DNA from: a virus
Taxonomy: Duplodnaviria; Heunggongvirae; Uroviricota; Caudoviricetes
IMG/VR virus record: IMGVR_UViG_3300049597_000059
DNA: 21,873 nt
Direction: 5' to 3' (one strand)
The notes below the pieces were generated by a model. It did no database searches, was not told where the DNA came from, and saw nothing but the letters and a program-made list of their open reading frames with translations. How positions within the stretch are numbered: position 1 is the first letter of the stretch; every line of letters starts with the position of its first letter. The translations under genes were made by a program, and so were the position numbers. This document shows, in pieces, positions 1 through 7,131 of the stretch.

Positions 1-3000
1 GCTAACCAGCTCAATCCTGAACTAAGTCCTATAAAGAATTTACTGTTCCAAATCATATTGATGGTGTTATCCATTGATGTATCTTCTATCTGTACACAGT
101 TGTCAAATGGGTTCTTCTCTTTAGATACATTTACTACTTTGTATCCTTGACTCACTAGATAGTTGATCACTTCCTGCCATCCCTCCTTAGTCCAAAACTT
201 ACATCCTGTTGTACTATTCGTAGCAATGGTTACGTACCTATCTTCAATTGTTGTAGGTGTAAAAGCAAACCTAGGTCTTATCTCTTTGTATTCTAGTCCA
301 AGTATATTAGTAGCTGCTTTCTGTAGAGGGATGGTGTTACATAACTCAGGCTCTTGGTCTGTGTTATATCTCCAACCTATTATGTATTCTCCATAAGCAT
401 TCACAGGTGTTCCAGGTGCAACAAACTCAAGCTCTGGATATGCTTTCTCAAACAAGAAGTTTTTGTATGTACTTACAACAACATGACAATTGTGCTTCTT
501 CTTAAACTCTAAACAGTATGGCATCCATGCAATGGTATCACCAAGACTTTCACTATCAAAGTAGATGAAGACAGTCTTGTCTGTATAGTCTAGTGTGTAG
601 TCGTGTATAAGATTACCATCTTGCCATATCTTGTTTCTCCATTTAGTGTAATAGCTTCTGTTTAGCTTTACCCACTGATTGGTTTTGATCACACTACTGT
701 AGTGACATACACCCTGCTCATCGTAGTATTCTATCTTGAAATTACTATCACTCACACCTGTTATCTCAAGAAATGGATTAACTATGTAATGCTGTGTGAT
801 GGTTACATCTTGTGGCTGTAGAGAGATAGAATCTACATGATTGTAGAAGTCTATGTTGTCTTGTCTAAATGTAATGTCTGGTATATCATAAATCACAATA
901 CCAGTACTATCAGTTTTAGCATATACATCGTCTAAGTCACTATCTATGGGTAGAAGATACTTAGTAAACATATCTTCATACTGTGGTAGGTTTCTAGCTA
1001 CAACAGGTAGTGCATAGCTGATGGCTTCTCTAAGTACAAGAGGATTGCATTCCCATGTGCTGTTGAACATGAATATGTCTGCAGCTATCAGGTAGTCTTC
1101 TACATTACTCTTCTCACCTAGAACATATACATTCTTTGGTAAGTCTTTCATCAAAGGTTCCCAGTAGTCTTTGAAGTTGCCTGCTTGATTACCTACAAAA
1201 TAGAAATCCATCCATGGATACTTCTTAGCTATCTCTATCCCCTCTGCTTGGTTCTTACCTGGAGTCCACAGTCCTACATTTACAACACTAGTCCTGAATG
1301 GAGCAAACCCCACCTTGTTCTTAGCTGCTATCTTACTTACAACACTTGGTCTTTTATCTTCTATAGGAAACTCAATCACCTTTGTATAACCTTGTAGGTT
1401 AGTAAATTTGTTGAGGTGGTAGGGTGTACAGAATGCATATGCTTCTGACTGAAACATCTTTTCTTCAGGCTTGAATGCTACATCATGGAATGTCTCTACA
1501 ATCTTGTATGATCTGTTTGTATCATACAACTTAGTAATCATCCCTCTATCATATCTTTCAGCAGGCTCATCCAGATGAATGATGTCTGGCTTCCAGCTAT
1601 CAATAATATCAAACAGTTCCATCTTGTTCTCATACAGTGTAGTGAAGTTAGATCCTACAATCTCTTTGATTGCATTACGCTGTACAACAAAGTCTAAGCT
1701 ATGGCATTGATACTCAACTACATATATCTCTACATGGTCTTTTATCTCCTGTATTCTCTTTAATAGAAACGCAGGCATACCACCTGTGGATAGATGAGGA
1801 GCTAAGAACAATATCCTTTTGTTACATTTTAATCTACTAATCATCTTGTACATTACATCTGGTCTCTTCTCTCCATGGTAGAAGAACAACTCATGCTTAC
1901 TATCAGGTAGTTTAAACCATTCCCAATGCTCTTTACCAAACTCATATTTATCTATGTTCTCTAGTACATCTAAGCTAGCATTGGTATAGATGAGTGGTAA
2001 TGACTGATCTATTTCATACTTCCAACGTACAGCATTGGCTACAGTTTCTTCATGGAAGGGTGCGTATTTCTTAAAGTCTTTTAGTATTGTAGGATGAGTA
2101 CACATGTTAGCCCACTCCTTTAAGAACGTCAGACAACTTACGCTAGCTAGGAAGTATCCTGTTTGTATATATCTGCCTCTCTGTATATCTAATAGATCAC
2201 AAATAGGTTTCTCAAGGTCTCCTTTTCCATTCAGAAACATCTGGTCATAAATGCTAGATGTAAATAGGGGATACTCAGAGACAGGATAGTTAAATACTCT
2301 GTCTACAAAAGATGTAGCAACACTATCACTGTCTACATACATCAGTGTATCAGCATACTTCAGACAGTCTATAACAATCAGTGGACGCTGTATGAGGATG
2401 TTATATACCCTATCATCTGTCCTATTGATATAAAACTGTTCTTTGGTATTGTATTCTATTGGATCTATATCACAGTTCCACCTGATAGTTGTAGCTCTAG
2501 GTACCTTCTTGTCAGAGTTGAGCATGTATACAAACACTGGATACTGACTGAATGTAGTGAGTGACTTAACACAGGCTGTCACAATATCATAATAGGCTTC
2601 TGTGGCATAGAGTACAAATGCTTTGTCTGCCACCTTCTTGCTTACATAATACCCATAGTAATCATTTGCATAGAGTAAGTCTAGTGTAGGGTAACGCTCT
2701 GCCATCACATCCTTGGTAAGATCTGCTTGCAGGTGGGTCTCATATGTATTACCATACTCCTCACCATCCTGCTCCATCATATAAGGAATAGCAACCAAAC
2801 ATTGCTTCCTAGCCATGGCAATATCACTGATAAGTTTCTGTCCTTCTTCAGCTGTTAAGTGCTCTAACACATCTCCTAGAATGATAAACTCATACTCAGA
2901 CCAATCAAACTCACGTATATCAGCAATATGTACATTACCATAATACTCCCACAGTTTATACTCACTAATGTATGGATCCCACACCTCAACAGCATCTATA

Positions 3001-3137
3001 GCATACCCAAGTTCAAACAGAAGCTTACCATATGTACCCTGTCCAGGTCCCACGTCTAACACTTTTGTGTTAGCAGGAACATTATCCCTGAACCACTCCT
3101 TCACCTCTTGCTTAAAATATGTATAACTGTTGGGCAT
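1..3137 (-). CDS. Multidomain glyco-enzyme (>=1045 aa, 3'-truncated at window edge): class I SAM methyltransferase + GT-A (DxD) + GT4-like GT-B + TibC/Aah-like heptosyltransferase
   Basis: Hand translation from ATG 3137 (MPNSYTYFKQEVKEWF...) is open to position 3. Motifs: VLDVGPGQG (aa 26-34) and LGDVLEH; YVDSDS (D269-x-D271); RILFLAPHLSTGG (about aa 441) and DIFMFNSTWECNPLVLREA (E696-x7-E704); FDSESLGDTIAWMPY (about aa 860-872) and FIGLSSGLSWLA at the window edge. Confidence 0.92.
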   Translation of the reverse strand, partial: MPNSYTYFKQEVKEWFRDNVPANTKVLDVGPGQGTYGKLLFELGYAIDAVEVWDPYISEYKLWEYYGNVHIADIREFDWSEYEFIILGDVLEHLTAEEGQKLISDIAMARKQCLVAIPYMMEQDGEEYGNTYETHLQADLTKDVMAERYPTLDLLYANDYYGYYVSKKVADKAFVLYATEAYYDIVTACVKSLTTFSQYPVFVYMLNSDKKVPRATTIRWNCDIDPIEYNTKEQFYINRTDDRVYNILIQRPLIVIDCLKYADTLMYVDSDSVATSFVDRVFNYPVSEYPLFTSSIYDQMFLNGKGDLEKPICDLLDIQRGRYIQTGYFLASVSCLTFLKEWANMCTHPTILKDFKKYAPFHEETVANAVRWKYEIDQSLPLIYTNASLDVLENIDKYEFGKEHWEWFKLPDSKHELFFYHGEKRPDVMYKMISRLKCNKRILFLAPHLSTGGMPAFLLKRIQEIKDHVEIYVVEYQCHSLDFVVQRNAIKEIVGSNFTTLYENKMELFDIIDSWKPDIIHLDEPAERYDRGMITKLYDTNRSYKIVETFHDVAFKPEEKMFQSEAYAFCTPYHLNKFTNLQGYTKVIEFPIEDKRPSVVSKIAAKNKVGFAPFRTSVVNVGLWTPGKNQAEGIEIAKKYPWMDFYFVGNQAGNFKDYWEPLMKDLPKNVYVLGEKSNVEDYLIAADIFMFNSTWECNPLVLREAISYALPVVARNLPQYEDMFTKYLLPIDSDLDDVYAKTDSTGIVIYDIPDITFRQDNIDFYNHVDSISLQPQDVTITQHYIVNPFLEITGVSDSNFKIEYYDEQGVCHYSSVIKTNQWVKLNRSYYTKWRNKIWQDGNLIHDYTLDYTDKTVFIYFDSESLGDTIAWMPYCLEFKKKHNCHVVVSTYKNFLFEKAYPELEFVAPGTPVNAYGEYIIGWRYNTDQEPELCNTIPLQKAATNILGLEYKEIRPRFAFTPTTIEDRYVTIATNSTTGCKFWTKEGWQEVINYLVSQGYKVVNVSKEKNPFDNCVQIEDTSMDNTINMIWNSKFFIGLSSGLSWL

Positions 3138-3141
3138 AGTA

Positions 3142-3172
3142 TTGATTATTTACAACAAAATTACTATATTTG
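3142..3172 (+). promoter_or_regulatory. Bacteroidota-type primary-sigma promoter (TTG-N20-TATATTTG) for 3196 ORF
   Basis: TTG 3142-3144, 20-nt spacer, TAnnTTTG 3165-3172, 23 nt before ATG 3196. Confidence 0.7.
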
Positions 3173-3186
3173 TGGAGAATATCCAA
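3156..3186 (-). promoter_or_regulatory. Bacteroidota-type promoter (TTG-N20-TAATTTTG) for the multidomain glyco-enzyme
   Basis: Minus strand reads TTG GATATTCTCCACAAATATAG TAATTTTG; the -7 element ends 18 nt before ATG 3137. Confidence 0.72.
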
Positions 3187-3195
3187 TAATTTTTT

Positions 3196-3564
3196 ATGCA
3201 AATAGAAGTTTCTATAGGAGAAGTGGTAGATAAGTGGACCATCTTATCTATCAAAGCTTTGAACATACAAGATAAAGATAAGCTTACCAACGTGTTTAAG
3301 GAGAGAACCTACCTCACTGGAGTGATTCCTCCAGAGATAGTACATGATTCTTTGACAGATGAACTGCTCTGGGTGAACAAAAAGCTCTGGGATGTAGAGG
3401 ATAGACTCAGAGATTGTGAGAGAAAAAAGGTTTTTGATGACTACTTTGTCCAGCTAGCTAGGAGTGTTTACTTATTGAATGACAAGCGAGCACGTATTAA
3501 GAAAGAAATTAATATGAAGTATGGTTCTGAGTTTATAGAGGAAAAGTCCTACCAACCCTACTAA
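3196..3564 (+). CDS. DUF6165-like protein (122 aa), a family often seen near phage glycosylation genes
   Basis: MQIEVSIGEVVDKWTILSIK ... L..VNKKLWDVEDRLR ... F..LARSVYLLNDKRARIKKEIN matches the family pattern as I recall it. Confidence 0.8.
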   Translation: MQIEVSIGEVVDKWTILSIKALNIQDKDKLTNVFKERTYLTGVIPPEIVHDSLTDELLWVNKKLWDVEDRLRDCERKKVFDDYFVQLARSVYLLNDKRARIKKEINMKYGSEFIEEKSYQPY

Positions 3565-3571
3565 AAAAAGA

Positions 3572-3603
3572 TTTGGTTATATCAATCTTTTTACATACCT
3601 TTG
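3572..3603 (+). promoter_or_regulatory. Bacteroidota-type promoter TTTG-N20-TACCTTTG
   Basis: TTTG 3572-3575, TACCTTTG 3596-3603. It overlaps the track's TTG start, so the real start is probably ATG 3613. Confidence 0.78.
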
Positions 3604-3612
3604 CCCAATATT

Positions 3613-3819
3613 ATGCCATTAGTCAAACGACATGTTGCAAAAACTATAAGTTACAGGATTGTCAGCACCTTAGTAGGCTTCTTGCTTATGTGGTGGATTA
3701 GCGGATCCATTAAGATAGGGGCTACCTTTGGGGTGGCTGAACTTATATACAAACCTATACAATACTTTATCCATGAACGTATCTGGTACAAGTGGATCAA
3801 GTATGGTCTGAAGAAATAA
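3613..3819 (+). CDS. DUF2061-like small membrane protein (68 aa)
   Basis: AKTISYRIVST ... YFIHERIW pattern with hydrophobic segments. Start revised from TTG 3601 to ATG 3613. Confidence 0.8.
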   Translation: MPLVKRHVAKTISYRIVSTLVGFLLMWWISGSIKIGATFGVAELIYKPIQYFIHERIWYKWIKYGLKK

Positions 3820-3891
3820 CTCCCATTTTTAAACTATATAGCACACTCTCCCTGTTAGGGAAGGGTATGCTATTGTCATTTTTGAAACAAG

Positions 3892-4182
3892 ATGAAAGAA
3901 CCTATTCAAAACTTTAAAGTTTGGATTTTCCCTAGCTTAGTATCAATACTAGCTATGATGATTTGGAATGATGTTAATGAAATCAAATCAGACGTTAAGG
4001 CCCTAATGGCCCAATCTAATGTAGACAAAACACGTATAGATAACCTAGAGAGGCTCATCTATAAGAAAACAGCTTCTGTTCCTTTTGACTTACCTAGTAC
4101 AGAGTTAGAGATGGAAACTTATGCCATCCTACCTAATAGAAAAACAATTAAAAACAAAAACTATGAAGAAATTCTTTTCTGA
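3892..4182 (+). CDS. Single-TM protein with coiled coil; holin/antiholin-like, first gene of lysis cassette
   Basis: Hydrophobic WIFPSLVSILAMMIW followed by heptad-like EIKSDVKALM...RIDNLERL. Confidence 0.6.
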   Translation: MKEPIQNFKVWIFPSLVSILAMMIWNDVNEIKSDVKALMAQSNVDKTRIDNLERLIYKKTASVPFDLPSTELEMETYAILPNRKTIKNKNYEEILF

Positions 4183-4414
4183 TCTATTTGATGACAGCAA
4201 CTCAATCAATGAGAAAGCTGTAATTGGTTTTGCTTCTTTTGTAATTATGATAATATTTGCTATAACAGATATTGTTACAGGAGCTATGAATAAACCATTG
4301 TTAGTAAATGAGTTCATATATGACTCATTTAAAATCTTGACTATAGCTTGTTTTGGAATTGCTTCCGTGGACAAGTTTATTAACAAGAAATCTGAATCTG
4401 AAACTAATGAATAG
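4163..4414 (+). CDS. Two-TM holin-like protein (83 aa)
   Basis: Start probably ATG 4163 (MKKFFSDLF). TM1 AVIGFASFVIMIIFAITDIV, TM2 ILTIACFGIASV, charged C-terminus. Confidence 0.65.
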   Translation: MKKFFSDLFDDSNSINEKAVIGFASFVIMIIFAITDIVTGAMNKPLLVNEFIYDSFKILTIACFGIASVDKFINKKSESETNE

Positions 4415-5015
4415 ATTACTTAGTCTTACAGTTATTGTTTTGATAGTGATTATACTCTTTCAAAGGAATGGGTGTACATATATAAAAGATAAACAACCTG
4501 AGGTGGTCACTGTACATGATACAACATGGCAAGTGCATGACTCATTGATTATCAAGAAGTTAAAGGTTAAGGAGACAATATATGAAACTATTCAAACTCC
4601 TCCAGAGTATATAGCTGATACATCCTATCCTAGGCTCAAAGAACAATATGATGCATTAGTTATTGCCTACCTGGCAAAGAATATCTATGCTGATACATTG
4701 AAGCTGGACACCTTAGGATATGTAGCTATAGCTGATACCCTACAAAAAAATGAACTACAGAATAGATCTTATAAATATAACTATAAGATACCTACTATCC
4801 ATACAACTACAACCATTACTAAGTACGCACCCCTTAAGAATCAATTATATATAGGCGGTGGTGTAATTGGTAACAAGACATCAGGTGTTACAAATCTAAA
4901 TGCTGGACTACTTCTTAAGACTAAGAAGGATCAGATTTATAGTGTGATAGTTGGTACAAACGTTGAAGGTCAAATAAACTATGGCTTTCAAACATTTTGG
5001 AAACTCAAAAAATAA
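4407..5015 (+). CDS. Membrane-anchored or lipoprotein-like lysis-cassette protein with beta-rich C-terminus (202 aa)
   Basis: Start probably ATG 4407 (MNRLLSLTVIVLIVIILFQRNGC). C-terminal amphipathic strands LYIGGGV...LNAGLLLK...INYGFQTFWKL. Confidence 0.65.
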   Translation: MNRLLSLTVIVLIVIILFQRNGCTYIKDKQPEVVTVHDTTWQVHDSLIIKKLKVKETIYETIQTPPEYIADTSYPRLKEQYDALVIAYLAKNIYADTLKLDTLGYVAIADTLQKNELQNRSYKYNYKIPTIHTTTTITKYAPLKNQLYIGGGVIGNKTSGVTNLNAGLLLKTKKDQIYSVIVGTNVEGQINYGFQTFWKLKK

Positions 5016-5018
5016 AAC

Positions 5019-5171
5019 ATGAAGAAGATTTTAGATCTACTTAAAAAACTATTTAGTAAGAAAGAACTTATTGGTCAAGCTATAGAAGTGGTAGCACCAG
5101 TAGTATTAAATAAACCCGCAGCTCCTAAAAAGAAACCTGCTAAAAAAAAGAAAAAAAATGAACCTAGATAA
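5019..5171 (+). CDS. Small basic protein (50 aa), not in ORF track
   Basis: MKKILDLLKKLFSKKELIGQAIEVVAPVVLNKPAAPKKKPAKKKKKNEPR. Fills the gap between genes and overlaps the endolysin start by 14 nt. Confidence 0.6.
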   Translation: MKKILDLLKKLFSKKELIGQAIEVVAPVVLNKPAAPKKKPAKKKKKNEPR

Positions 5172-5754
5172 ATTAAAAGGACACATTCCTGATGGAGTGA
5201 TTGCACAAATCCCTGATGTACAGGCTAAGTTTGAAATTAATACACCATTAAGACTAGCTCATTTCTTGGCTCAATGTGGTCATGAATCAGGTGGATTCAA
5301 AGCTGTTTCAGAGAACTTAAACTATGGTGCTAAAGGATTATCTACTATATTTAAGAAGTATTTTACACCTGAGAGTGCTAAAGATTTTGAACGCAAGCCT
5401 GAAAAGATTGCTAACGTTGTCTATGCTAATCGTATGGGTAATGGTAATCAAGCATCTGGTGAGGGTTGGAAATTTAGAGGTCGTGGATACATTCAGCTAA
5501 CTGGAAAGGATAACTATACAGCTTTTGATAAATCTGTAGAGGATGATATCCTTGCTACCCCTGATTTAGTAGCTACAAAGTATCCTTTATTATCTGCAGC
5601 TTGGTTCTTCCATAAGAATGGTTTACATAAGATTGCTGATGAGGGGGCTACAGATGCTGTAGTTACTAAGGTTACTAAGCGTGTTAATGGTGGTACAATT
5701 GGTCTTGCTGATCGTATCAAGCATTTCAATGAATACAATAACCTATTAAAATAA
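5158..5754 (+). CDS. Glycoside hydrolase family 19 endolysin
   Basis: RLAHFLAQCGHESGGF, FRGRGYIQLTGKDNY, LSAAWFF and VTKRVNGG motifs; lysis-cassette context. Confidence 0.93.
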   Translation: MNLDKLKGHIPDGVIAQIPDVQAKFEINTPLRLAHFLAQCGHESGGFKAVSENLNYGAKGLSTIFKKYFTPESAKDFERKPEKIANVVYANRMGNGNQASGEGWKFRGRGYIQLTGKDNYTAFDKSVEDDILATPDLVATKYPLLSAAWFFHKNGLHKIADEGATDAVVTKVTKRVNGGTIGLADRIKHFNEYNNLLK

Positions 5755-5760
5755 AATATA

Positions 5761-6063
5761 ATGGCAGCAAAGAAAGAAACAAACATTTCAGCAAATCCTT
5801 TACCTATAAGTTTTAAGGAGTTTGCTAAGAACCCAATAGTGGGTACACTCTTCCTAGTACTTATTGCTATTTCATACCTATATATAGATGTACGTACAAC
5901 ATTCAAAGAGCAGGCAACTTCTCAGAATGTACGTATTGATAAGGTGGAAGGTAGATTAGATAAGGTGCAGGAAGCACTAAGAGTTAGTGACAGCACTAAA
6001 GCTGTGACTACCACTCAGTTACAAACGTTACAACAATTAGGAGCTATAAAAAAGTTAAACTAA
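5761..6063 (+). CDS. N-terminal TM + coiled-coil protein, i-spanin/holin-like
   Basis: PIVGTLFLVLIAISYLYI TM, then RIDKVEGRLDKVQEAL heptads; directly after the endolysin. Confidence 0.6.
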   Translation: MAAKKETNISANPLPISFKEFAKNPIVGTLFLVLIAISYLYIDVRTTFKEQATSQNVRIDKVEGRLDKVQEALRVSDSTKAVTTTQLQTLQQLGAIKKLN

Positions 6064-6404
6064 TGAGAGCATTAACATTTTTAATATTAATAAGTCTATA
6101 TGGATGTCAATATACCACAGCTCAGCACGCTGATGAAACAGTTAAAGAAGATAAAGAACTTGAGTCCCTACTTAACAAAGTTTCAGAAAATAATAAAAAT
6201 GGTGCAGCTGTACAAGAAGGTGCTGCCAAAGCACAAACAAAAATAGTAAACCAAGCAGTTAGCCAAATTGTATCATTAAAGGCAGAGGTTAACTCATTAA
6301 AATCTGAATTAAGCAATGCTAAAAGTAAACTTGATAGTAATCTTGTTGATACTGGTGTCAGCTACAACGTACTCCCAGTATCCAAGAACAAAGAAAATAG
6401 GTAA
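6063..6404 (+). CDS. Lipoprotein with coiled coil, o-spanin-like
   Basis: MRALTFLILISLYG-C lipobox-like signal, coiled coil VSLKAEVNSLKSELSNAK, TAATG coupling to previous gene. Confidence 0.65.
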   Translation: MRALTFLILISLYGCQYTTAQHADETVKEDKELESLLNKVSENNKNGAAVQEGAAKAQTKIVNQAVSQIVSLKAEVNSLKSELSNAKSKLDSNLVDTGVSYNVLPVSKNKENR

Positions 6405-6747
6405 TGATTCAGTGGTGATAATGACCGTTGAACAAGGAAACTATATCAATACATTAATCAAAGGATATAAATCCCAAATAGATTCGTTAAGCATTGATAA
6501 TCAATTAAATAAGGTTTTCATAGACTCATTAACCTATAAGGTGGATTCATTGAAATCTAGACAGGATAGTCTAAAAACTGTAATAGCTGATGTTAGCCAA
6601 TACAAATGGAAGTATGAGGCTAATAGGGAAATCTTTTTCAAGGCTCAAAAGGAAGAGAAGTTTAGAACCAAGATGCACGAGCTAGGTAAGTTTTTACTAG
6701 TAGCTGTCGTGGTATTACAATTTGTTACAATCGCATCATTAAAATAA
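6316..6747 (+). CDS. Signal peptide + coiled coil + C-terminal TM protein, spanin-associated
   Basis: MLKVNLIVILLILVSATTYSQ signal; QIDSL/KVDSL/RQDSL repeats; C-terminal FLLVAVVVLQFVTIA; overlaps previous ORF by 89 nt. Confidence 0.6.
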   Translation: MLKVNLIVILLILVSATTYSQYPRTKKIGNDSVVIMTVEQGNYINTLIKGYKSQIDSLSIDNQLNKVFIDSLTYKVDSLKSRQDSLKTVIADVSQYKWKYEANREIFFKAQKEEKFRTKMHELGKFLLVAVVVLQFVTIASLK

Positions 6748-6753
6748 ACCAAT

Positions 6754-6861
6754 ATGGCAAATGCTAAAAAGAAACCTGTTGCTAGACGCAGCAGACGTTC
6801 TGGAATAAAGACACTAGAACAAATCAAAACCAATTTAGAAATCCTTAAAAAATACAAGTAA
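6754..6861 (+). CDS. Small basic protein (35 aa), not in track
   Basis: MANAKKKPVARRSRRSGIKTLEQIKTNLEILKKYK; TAATG-coupled to next ORF. Confidence 0.6.
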   Translation: MANAKKKPVARRSRRSGIKTLEQIKTNLEILKKYK

Positions 6862-6986
6862 TGGCAAAAGCAAAAGGTGGTGAAGTTAGAAAGATTAGCT
6901 TTGGTAAACGCAAGGGAGGCAAAGCTAAAAAGACTAGTGGACCAAAAGAAAAAGCTGTAAGCAAGTACAGAGGACAAGGTAAATAA
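6861..6986 (+). CDS. Small basic protein ending YRGQGK (41 aa), not in track
   Basis: MAKAKGGEVRKISFGKRKGGKAKKTSGPKEKAVSKYRGQGK. I recall the YRGQG(K/R) terminus from small aquatic-phage proteins. Confidence 0.7.
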   Translation: MAKAKGGEVRKISFGKRKGGKAKKTSGPKEKAVSKYRGQGK

Positions 6987-7025
6987 TGGTAGTATTACTA
7001 CCAACATTTAAATATTTATAAACTC

Positions 7026-7064
7026 TAATCAATTTAGTTAGAAATCAAGTAATCAATTTAGTTA
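7026..7064. repeat. Two perfect 15-bp direct repeats TAATCAATTTAGTTA, 24-bp period
   Basis: Copies at 7026-7040 and 7050-7064, intergenic, 20 nt before a promoter. Confidence 0.9.
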
Positions 7065-7084
7065 TTGTAAATTATTGATGCTCA

Positions 7085-7114
7085 TTGGTTATAGTAAAAA
7101 ACAACATATCTTTG
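7085..7114 (+). promoter_or_regulatory. Bacteroidota-type promoter TTG-N19-TATCTTTG
   Basis: TTG 7085-7087, TATCTTTG 7107-7114, ATG 7132. Shares TTGGTTATA with the 3572 promoter. Confidence 0.75.
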
Positions 7115-7131
7115 AACATTAATTTTTAATC

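Noticed and set aside
163-1397. Plus-strand ORFs 163-396 and 1185-1397
   Set aside because: Antisense shadows of the large minus-strand enzyme with no motifs.
1-3137. Stop-codon reassignment (as in some crAss-like phages) as the reason for the apparent gene desert
   Set aside because: The minus frame has no in-frame TAG, TGA or TAA. The ORF was missed only because its stop lies outside the window, and the other long genes read intact in code 11.
5141-5171. Programmed frameshift at the A-run joining the 50-aa ORF to the endolysin
   Set aside because: The endolysin has its own ATG at 5158, A-runs are common in this Lys-rich AT-rich DNA, and no stimulatory structure was seen.
4129-7007. Minus-strand ORFs 4129-4386, 5514-5906, 6122-6316, 6645-7007
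   Set aside because: Antisense to well-supported plus-strand genes.
6986-7021. TAATG-coupled 11-codon ORF
   Set aside because: Too short and featureless to support.
7026-7064. Mini CRISPR array
   Set aside because: Only two 15-bp repeats with a 9-bp gap, and no cas genes.
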